From: Thermomicrobiales bacterium
Lineage (GTDB): Bacteria; Chloroflexota; Chloroflexia; Thermomicrobiales; UBA6265
Direction of reading: 5' to 3'
DNA length: 44,382 bases
Assembly (NCBI GenBank): GCA_033813515.1
Contig: JAPXRQ010000003.1
Span: 1 to 44,382 of the forward strand
Shown: in pieces, positions 24,620-31,456 of the stretch
Numbering within the stretch: the first letter of the stretch is position 1
How the letters are laid out: each line of letters begins with the position of its first letter
Program-made: the position numbers and the translations under genes
Notes under the pieces: model-generated
What the model was told of the DNA's origin: nothing
Database searches by the model: none
The model's input: only the letters and a program-made list of their open reading frames with translations

Positions 24620-24682
24620 TTACCTCCTACCTCTTTCCTCTTACCTCTTTCCTCTTGCCCCTTACCTCCTACCTCTTACCTC
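24620..24682. repeat. Nine tandem heptamers (TTACCTC CTACCTC TTTCCTC TTACCTC TTTCCTC TTGCCCC TTACCTC CTACCTC TTACCTC)
   Basis: Read directly. It abuts and overlaps the stop codon (24681-24683) of the minus-strand regulator gene. Confidence 0.9.
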
Positions 24683-25982
24683 AGACAGGAATCAGCGCCC
24701 GCTCGCTTCTCGCAAATGCCCGGATCGTTTTCAGCATCCCGTAGATCGCCCTGCCATCCGAATCCACTGCCACCGTCAGCAGGCTGCGATCAACCAGCCC
24801 GTGCAAAACTGGCAGTAATTCGCTCATTTCCTGGCCTGTGTGGGCGGCCAGTTCTGCTACCGTCAATCCGTCTGCTGCCGTTGCCATCGCGCAGAAAAGC
24901 CACTGCTCATCTTCCGAACACTGATTTATGCTCCACGTGAATGCATCGATCAGGCTCTGATGCCGCTCCGGTAAATCCCTCGCCCCGTCACTGAGCAGCG
25001 CGAACCGATCCCGATCCAGTTCCGCCCGAATTGCCGCCACCGGCAACATTCGCACACGCGCCGCGGCCAACTCAATCGCCAGCGGAATCCCGTCCAGCTC
25101 CCCACAGATCGCAATCACATCAGCCAGATTTTCAGCATCGATCTCGAAGTGCGGCGAAACAGCCCTGGCCCTCGCCCGGAACAGCGCCAATGCCGGGTAA
25201 TCATTGACCAGCATCGGATCCGTCAGATCAGCATCATCCGGCGGAACTGACAACGGGCGAACCGGATAGACCTGCTCCCCCTGCAGACACAGCGGGGATT
25301 GACTGGTCGCAATCACGGTCATGCTCGGGCAGAAATGGAGCAGATCGGTCATATCAACCGCCGCATCCATCAGGTGCTCGAAGGTATCCAGCACCAGCAC
25401 CAGGAACTCCCGCTCCTGCACCTCGTGGATTACCGCCAGCGGATCACGATCACCACACGGGCTTCCCTGAATCGCGGTCGCCACCAACGGCAGCACCTCG
25501 GTCGGGTTGGTCACATCAGCCAACGCCAACGAGACGATGCGGGATCCATGTCTGCGCGCAATCTCCTCCGCTACCTGCATACCCAGGCGTGTCTTTCCGA
25601 TTCCAGCCGGACCGACCAGGGTAACCATGCAAAGATTGGCGCGCTTGGCCAGCACGGCCAGTTCCCGGACCTCGAAATCCCGCCCGATCACTTCATTCCC
25701 CGGAATCTGAACCGGTTCAACCTGCGCGGCCGGGTGCCTGGGCAGGCTGGCGTACCGGAGCGATTGCTGCAGATCCGCGCGCATTGCCTCGTCCAGATCC
25801 AGGCCCCGACAAAGAGCTTGTACGGTGTGGAGCTGAGGTCGGGTTCGGGTGCCACGCTCGAGCGTGCTGATCGCCTGGACGGAGAGTCCGCAACGCTCAG
25901 CCAATGCCTGCTGCGTCAGACCAGCGTCCTCGCGCAATTGCCGAAGCAAGCGCCCAAATGTGGTTTGTTGGGATTGCTGCAC
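24681..25982 (-). CDS. XRE-family HTH plus P-loop NTPase (NB-ARC/STAND-like) transcriptional regulator; start uncertain
   Basis: HTH FGRLLRQLREDAGLTQQALAERCGLSVQAISTLERG. Walker A VTLVGPAGIGKTRLG. Walker B-like FLVLVLDTFEHL. The GTG at 25982 follows AAGAGGTGG; the track ORF extends to 26186. Confidence 0.7.
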   Translation of the reverse strand: MQQSQQTTFGRLLRQLREDAGLTQQALAERCGLSVQAISTLERGTRTRPQLHTVQALCRGLDLDEAMRADLQQSLRYASLPRHPAAQVEPVQIPGNEVIGRDFEVRELAVLAKRANLCMVTLVGPAGIGKTRLGMQVAEEIARRHGSRIVSLALADVTNPTEVLPLVATAIQGSPCGDRDPLAVIHEVQEREFLVLVLDTFEHLMDAAVDMTDLLHFCPSMTVIATSQSPLCLQGEQVYPVRPLSVPPDDADLTDPMLVNDYPALALFRARARAVSPHFEIDAENLADVIAICGELDGIPLAIELAAARVRMLPVAAIRAELDRDRFALLSDGARDLPERHQSLIDAFTWSINQCSEDEQWLFCAMATAADGLTVAELAAHTGQEMSELLPVLHGLVDRSLLTVAVDSDGRAIYGMLKTIRAFARSERALIPV

Positions 25983-26292
25983 GAAGGCCACCTCTTGCCG
26001 TGTGTGCCTGTAGTCGCTCAATTGTATGGGTGCTTGTACAGGTGTTGTCGCTGTCCGCCCAATCCCGGCACTGGCAGGATAGGGAGCGGTTCGAATCCGG
26101 ATGATGCGGAGTTGGGCGCCGAATGGGTCGGATCGGGGTGAATCGGCCACAGACGGAATCTGACTCCGGATCGACCGGATACCCAATTGCCAGCCCCCTC
26201 AGAAGCAGGATCACGATCAACAGCGCCGCCCGGGCGTGCTGTTCGGATCCCGCGCGGGCTGGTCTGGTTGCTCACATGACAGAGAGGACACC

Positions 26293-27963
26293 ATGCGTTT
26301 TGTTCAGATGTGTGTCGTGCTGGCGTTACTTGGCGTTTCCGCCTTGACCAGCCTGGCCACCGTTTCTGCCGCCAATTCCTGCACGATCGGCGGCATCAAA
26401 TACACCGTCACGATTAGCGGCTCCGGCACAATCAACGGCACTAACAATGCCGATGTCATCGCCGGCTCCAGTCTCGACGACAAGATCTTTGGCGGCGAAG
26501 GCAACGATGTCATTTGCGGCAACGGGGGCGCCGATACCATCGAAGGCGGCTCAGGCAATGACCTGATCAGTGGCGGCACCAACCGGGACTCCATCAAGGG
26601 CGATCTCGATTCCGACCGCATCTATGGAGGCGATTCCGATGACAGCCTTGATGGTGGCGACGACATCGATTACATCTTCGGCGAGGCCGGCAACGACACT
26701 CTGGTCGGCAACTTCGGCGATGATCGCCTCTATGGCGGAATCGGCAACGACCGTGTGTACGGCCGCACCGGCTTCGATTATCTGTACGGGGAGGATGGCG
26801 ACGACTACCTCTCCGGGGCCAGCGACAGCGATCTTCTCTCGGGTGGGCCAGGCAATGACACTCTGACCGATACCACCGGCGGCGTCTATGCCCAGGGTGG
26901 ACCGGGGAACGACATTATCACCGGCAGCACCGAAGAGAAGAATGCCCTCTATGGCAACGAGGGGAACGATGTCCTCGTTGCCCAGTCTCAATCGGTCGTC
27001 TTCGGCGGACCGGGGAATGATGATCTGACCGGCAGCGCTGAGGATGATTACCTGATCGGCGACGACGATGCCCCGGTGGAAGCAAGTGCAACCTTCTCAT
27101 CCGCCGCCGAAGGGAGCGATGGTAATGATGTTCTTCGCGGTGGTGCCGGCAACGACAAACTTCTCGGCAACGGCGGCGATGATCGCCTGGCCGGAGAGGA
27201 TGGCGACGATCGTCTCGATGGCCAGGATGGCAACGATACGTTGACGGGTGGTATCGGAAGTGACCTCCTCAATGGTGATGCCGGACTCGATCGCATCTAT
27301 GGTCAGGATGGCGATGACACCATCGATGGCGGATCCGATGCTGATCAGATCTCGGGCTCAACCGGTGATGACGATATCTACGGCAACAATGGAAGCGATG
27401 TCATCGATGGCGGCGCGGGTGCTGATTCAATCTCGGGCGACAGCGGCGATGATCAGATTCATGGTGGAACCGGAGACGATGAAATCTTCGGCGGAACTGG
27501 CGCCAATGTGATCTTTGGCGGTCCGAACGATGATGTCATTCAGGGCGGCAAGTCCATTGACCAGATTGATGGCGGCGCCGGTAACGACACTATCGACGGG
27601 TATGACGGTAACGACCTTCTTCTCGGCGGAGAATCCGGCATCGATACGATTGTCGGCGGCGATGGGGACGATCTGATCGCCGGCGGAACCGAAAACGACA
27701 TCATCAATGGTGGCTACGGCAATGACACCATCAATGGTGAACTCGGCGATGACAAGATCAACGGTGATACCGGCACCGACAAGATCCACGGGAACGATGG
27801 CAACGATGTTCTCCAGGGATCGGATGGTGAGAACGATCTGGTCTACGGTGATGCCGGCAACGACAAACTCGATGGCGGAGAAGGTCTCGGCGACTACTGC
27901 TCCGGCGGAACCGGCTCCGATGCCGCCGATCCCAATTGCGAAACAACCAACAGCATTCCATAG
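26293..27963 (+). CDS. Secreted calcium-binding repeat protein (RTX-like), paralog of 1581..3266
   Basis: ATG at 26293 after AGAGAGGA. Signal peptide MRFVQMCVVLALLGVSALTSLATVSA. The same VTISGSGTINGT entry motif and GGxGxD repeats, and the same C-terminal DYCSGG...C-E-T ending. Confidence 0.85.
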   Translation: MRFVQMCVVLALLGVSALTSLATVSAANSCTIGGIKYTVTISGSGTINGTNNADVIAGSSLDDKIFGGEGNDVICGNGGADTIEGGSGNDLISGGTNRDSIKGDLDSDRIYGGDSDDSLDGGDDIDYIFGEAGNDTLVGNFGDDRLYGGIGNDRVYGRTGFDYLYGEDGDDYLSGASDSDLLSGGPGNDTLTDTTGGVYAQGGPGNDIITGSTEEKNALYGNEGNDVLVAQSQSVVFGGPGNDDLTGSAEDDYLIGDDDAPVEASATFSSAAEGSDGNDVLRGGAGNDKLLGNGGDDRLAGEDGDDRLDGQDGNDTLTGGIGSDLLNGDAGLDRIYGQDGDDTIDGGSDADQISGSTGDDDIYGNNGSDVIDGGAGADSISGDSGDDQIHGGTGDDEIFGGTGANVIFGGPNDDVIQGGKSIDQIDGGAGNDTIDGYDGNDLLLGGESGIDTIVGGDGDDLIAGGTENDIINGGYGNDTINGELGDDKINGDTGTDKIHGNDGNDVLQGSDGENDLVYGDAGNDKLDGGEGLGDYCSGGTGSDAADPNCETTNSIP

Positions 27964-28027
27964 GAGGGCCGAGCTGCAAGGACGAAACTGATCGCAGCTA
28001 CCCCTAAACACTGCGACGCGTCCGCCG

Positions 28028-28062
28028 TCACCCTTCACCCCTCACCCTTCACCCCTCACCCT
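28028..28062. repeat. Five tandem heptamers (TCACCCT/TCACCCC alternating)
   Basis: Read directly, in the intergenic region between RTX-like gene 2 and sigma 4. Confidence 0.9.
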
Positions 28063-28066
28063 ATCA

Positions 28067-28096
28067 AACGACAGTTTTCGCCCACACCGTCCGACT
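28067..28096 (+). promoter_or_regulatory. Candidate ECF-type promoter AACGAC-N19-CGACT upstream of sigma 4
   Basis: AACGACAGTTTTCGCCCACACCGTCCGACT. The 9-mer TCCGACTTC (28090..28098) is also found upstream of sigma 2 (22189..22197, minus strand). Confidence 0.4.
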
Positions 28097-28118
28097 TCTC
28101 CTTTAATTGGAGGATCGG

Positions 28119-28679
28119 ATGGTGGCGGTTACGGGCAACATGGTGGCACCAGGCAAATTACGCCGGTTCGGGAAAGCAACGGATCAGGACCGCGAGCGCG
28201 CCGCCTTCCTGTCCGAAATGCTTCCCCGCATCTACGGCTACATTCTGCTCCGGGTCAATCGCGATCCAGGTATCGCGGAGGATCTGACCCAGGAAACCCT
28301 GCTTGCCTATACCCGGCAGCAGCAATCCGGTGTTGCCATCGCCAATCCCACGGCCATGCTCTTCGGGATCGCCCGGCATAAGGTGATCGATTGGTATCGG
28401 ACCCGCGTCATGCTCACCGTCGATGCGGACGAGACGCTCGGGGTCATTGATCCGGTCGATGATCTCGACCGGGTTCTGCAGCGGGATGAACTGCTCCGCT
28501 ATCTCGATCAACTCCCACCCGGGCAGCGCATGGTCCTCATCCTACATTACGCCGATGGCCTCAGTGCCGCCGAAATCGCCGCGCATCTCGGGAAGACCCG
28601 GGATGCCGTCGAATCGCTCCTCGCACGTGGCCGGCGTGCCATGCGTCAACTCGCCAGCAATCAGGGTGAAGCACGATGA
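28119..28679 (+). CDS. ECF-type sigma factor (sigma 4)
   Basis: ATG at 28119 after GGAGGA. IYGYILLRVNRDPGIAEDLTQETLL and LILHYADGLSAAEIAAHLGKTRDAVESLLARGRR. The track ORF starts at TTG 28107. Confidence 0.9.
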   Translation: MVAVTGNMVAPGKLRRFGKATDQDRERAAFLSEMLPRIYGYILLRVNRDPGIAEDLTQETLLAYTRQQQSGVAIANPTAMLFGIARHKVIDWYRTRVMLTVDADETLGVIDPVDDLDRVLQRDELLRYLDQLPPGQRMVLILHYADGLSAAEIAAHLGKTRDAVESLLARGRRAMRQLASNQGEAR

Positions 28680-30283
28680 CCAACAACGATCAGAACCTGC
28701 GCGATTCCTTCCGCTCTTTCGACCAGCCCGCGCATCCCCCGTCCGCATTGGCCAGCTCACTCGGCCTGGAAACTCCAGTCCATCGCCGATCAACCTGGGC
28801 AATCTGGACTGCCGCGGCTGCTGCCCTACTGATCCTGCTCGGCGCAGCTGCCATGCTCCTGAATACCCAATCTCCCGACTCCCGGTCGCAAGATGTAATT
28901 GCCGGGCAAGTGATTGCCGCTCCAGGTGGAACGCCAGTCGCCAGTCCATCTCCCACGCATGACTCTTCTGCCGTCATGTTTGGTGGCACTGCTGCTCAAA
29001 CCATCAGCTACCCCGGACTAGCTCCGGATCCCGCCAATCTTCAGAAGCTGTGGGAAACCGCAGACAACGTGATTGGCGATCCCATGTTTTACGGGGATGC
29101 GCTCTACGTGCTCGGGTATCCGGAAGGCGATCAGGATTTCGACACGTCTCTCACGGCCTACGATGCCGCCACTGGCACATTGCGCTGGCAGACGAATGTG
29201 GCCAGCGGACAATTCATGGCCATCGATCAAAACGGAATCTACGTCGCCATCACAGCCGAAACCAACATGCACTCATTCGCCCGATTGGATGCCGCTTCCG
29301 GGCAAGTCATCTGGCAAACACAGGAATCTGTCCCCAATAGCAATCTGCTTTCCGATGTCCTGTTGGTCAGCGACAACACGCTTGTCGTTGTCCATGGCAA
29401 TCAGACGCTACTCGCCTTCGACAGTGCAACGGGCGTCAAAACCTGGGAGTGGCATGCCGCTGGTGCTGGCGCGATCGACTGCACCTATCTCCCGTGCGGA
29501 GCGACTCCAGCGATTCGCGACGGCCAGGTTTATCTGCTCGATTGGTCCAGTAATCAACTGGTCGCGCTCGATCTTGCCACCGGCACCGATCGCTGGAAAG
29601 CACCATTCCTTTCCGATGCCGATTACGCAGATGCAATTACCGCCAGTGCAACCCTGACCGCGGCAGGACGGGATTCAGGTGGGATCTCGTCAGATCAGGT
29701 GCCGTTCTTCCGCTTCTACCAACTTTCCGCAACTGCATACGGACCCGTCCTGATTGAGTTCAACTGGCAGGATCCGCAGAACTACCCAACAGTCATCCAT
29801 CTCTACACTGCGAAAGACGGCGCTTTGGCCTGGAACCGAACCATGGCAATCTCGACCTGGACTCAGTTCGCCATCAGTGAGACCACTCTCTACGCCGCAA
29901 CCCAAAGTACGGCAGAAGGAGCAAAACCGACTCTCGCATTGATTGATCTCGCAAGTGGCACGGATCTCTCAAGTCACGAAATCGATCTTGATCGCGTTCA
30001 CTGGTCGCAGATGATCTACCTTCCACAGGCAAACATGCTTATCACCGGTACCAACGCCGCAACTGGCTCATCTTCGACTCTCTCACGAATTCCGATCATT
30101 GGCTCGTGGTTCGGGAGCAATGACTCCGAAGCGACCATCTGGCTGATCGACCCGACGACACTGGAGGCACGGGGCAAGGCAACATTCAAGAACTGCTATG
30201 TTGCCAGCACCTTTTCTCAATCCAGTCAGATCGTCTGCCAAAGCACGAGCGGCAAGGGCTTCGCCGTCTACGGCACTCCGTAA
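28676..30283 (+). CDS. Membrane-anchored single PQQ-like beta-propeller protein, putative anti-sigma/sensor partner (paralog 4)
   Basis: 535 aa. TM helix TWAIWTAAAAALLILLGAAAMLL and one ectodomain module (LTAYDAATGTLRWQ, FARLDAASGQVIWQ, LLAFDSATGVKTWE, LVALDLATGTDRWK). ATGA overlap with sigma 4. Confidence 0.75.
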   Translation: MTNNDQNLRDSFRSFDQPAHPPSALASSLGLETPVHRRSTWAIWTAAAAALLILLGAAAMLLNTQSPDSRSQDVIAGQVIAAPGGTPVASPSPTHDSSAVMFGGTAAQTISYPGLAPDPANLQKLWETADNVIGDPMFYGDALYVLGYPEGDQDFDTSLTAYDAATGTLRWQTNVASGQFMAIDQNGIYVAITAETNMHSFARLDAASGQVIWQTQESVPNSNLLSDVLLVSDNTLVVVHGNQTLLAFDSATGVKTWEWHAAGAGAIDCTYLPCGATPAIRDGQVYLLDWSSNQLVALDLATGTDRWKAPFLSDADYADAITASATLTAAGRDSGGISSDQVPFFRFYQLSATAYGPVLIEFNWQDPQNYPTVIHLYTAKDGALAWNRTMAISTWTQFAISETTLYAATQSTAEGAKPTLALIDLASGTDLSSHEIDLDRVHWSQMIYLPQANMLITGTNAATGSSSTLSRIPIIGSWFGSNDSEATIWLIDPTTLEARGKATFKNCYVASTFSQSSQIVCQSTSGKGFAVYGTP

Positions 30284-30298
30284 CTCAGTCCCCATCGC

Positions 30299-30339
30299 AA
30301 AGAGAGCCCCGTCTCCCAGTCAGGAGAGGGGCTCTCTTT
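30299..30339. terminator. Bidirectional hairpin terminator between convergent genes
   Basis: Arms aaagagagccccgtctcc / ggagaggggctctcttt form about 17 bp with one bulge and loop cagtca. It is followed by the ACTGGCT ACTGGTT ACTGACT heptamers (30345..30365), which run into the stop at 30364. Confidence 0.75.
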
Positions 30340-30363
30340 GCTCAACTGGCTACTGGTTACTGA

Positions 30364-31251
30364 CTACTCCTCACCAGATACCGGCTTGCGCAGTCCCAGT
30401 CTGGCCAACGCGGCCGCGCCAGCACCAACCATGGCAACCGGCAGCAGCCTGCTCATACCTGATCCACTCGATCCAGCCCCCGTGTTCGGCAACTCGGTTA
30501 CCGGGGATGTTGCAGTTGGGTCCACCGGGACTGTGGTCGGCGCCACTGTCTCGGGAATCTCGGTAGCTGGAATCTCGGTCGGATCCGGCTCGACAGGAGT
30601 CTCCGTCGGTGTGGCGGTCGGCGGCGCCGGGGCCAGGGTGACATTGAATGTGCAGGAGGCCGAAAAGGGATTCTCCTTCCCGGTCGGCACGATCGTCGAG
30701 CAGGTCACGGTTGTCGTACCCAGTTCGAAGACATCACCGCTTGCGTGGTCACACGAGTAGCCAACCTCGGTCGTTACTGGTGGACATTCCTGACCAACAA
30801 CCGGATCATCGAATGTCACTGCAGTCGCCGCGTCCGCTGGAATTGAGATATCGGCCGGGCAGGTCAGGGTCGCCTGGGTGTAATTCCCAACGTAGACATC
30901 GACCGTGCATGAGGTATCGGTGCCATCGATGGTGCAGGTGACAGTCGTTGTTTGACCCACCGGAAATGTCGACAGGTCAGACGGGTCGCAGGTGTAGGAC
31001 TGCTCACCACAATCACCGATCAGGTTCGGCGGATACGGTACACCGACTGCCAGACAAGTCTCAGAATCGATTGGGTACACCAGCGAAGCCGGGCATTCGA
31101 TGGTGCATGTCTCACCTCCTGCCGCTGCGCTTTGGGTCTTTGCGAGGCCTGTGGCAATGGCAGCTGCACCAGCCAGCGAGGAAATCGATTTGCGTCGATT
31201 CAGTCGCGTCCCCAGCGCCCGACTGATCCGATCGAATTGCTGACTATCCAT
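30364..31251 (-). CDS. HYR-domain LPNTG surface protein (paralog 5, unlinked to the array)
   Basis: ATG at 31251 gives MDSQQFDRISRALGTRLNRRKSI. LTCPADISIPADAATAVTFDDP...CTFNVTL, then ELPNTGAGSSGSGMSRLLPVAMVGAGAAALARLGLRK. Confidence 0.8.
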   Translation of the reverse strand: MDSQQFDRISRALGTRLNRRKSISSLAGAAAIATGLAKTQSAAAGGETCTIECPASLVYPIDSETCLAVGVPYPPNLIGDCGEQSYTCDPSDLSTFPVGQTTTVTCTIDGTDTSCTVDVYVGNYTQATLTCPADISIPADAATAVTFDDPVVGQECPPVTTEVGYSCDHASGDVFELGTTTVTCSTIVPTGKENPFSASCTFNVTLAPAPPTATPTETPVEPDPTEIPATEIPETVAPTTVPVDPTATSPVTELPNTGAGSSGSGMSRLLPVAMVGAGAAALARLGLRKPVSGEE

Positions 31252-31351
31252 ACTCCCGCAAACCCCTCCCGCAGATACAGCGTCATCAGCCAGCGCTGAC
31301 AAACCAAATCGCGGCCACAAATCAACATTTCATCAAGCAAACCTGTCTCGA

Positions 31352-31380
31352 ATCCTAGCGAATTCGTGACTACCAGTCAA
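31352..31380 (-). promoter_or_regulatory. Candidate promoter TTGACT-N17-TAGGAT (minus strand)
   Basis: Reverse complement read directly. Same architecture as the array promoters. Confidence 0.4.
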
Positions 31381-31456
31381 TTAGCGCGTTGAGAGTCAGA
31401 GGTTGAAAGTCAAACGGATTCGCCGATAACCACCGAGCGAACCGTCAACATTCAAC

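Noticed and set aside
24620-24682. Heptamer arrays considered as CRISPR-like or other spacer-repeat arrays.
   Set aside because: Units are 7 nt with no interspersed unique spacers, and no cas genes are present. They are simple tandem repeats.
24519-24818. 99-aa plus-strand ORF (and 24523..24744) running through the heptamer array.
   Set aside because: The translation is just the periodic readout of the CT-rich heptamers (LPL/YLL repeats). It overlaps the 3' end of the regulator gene, so no independent support exists.
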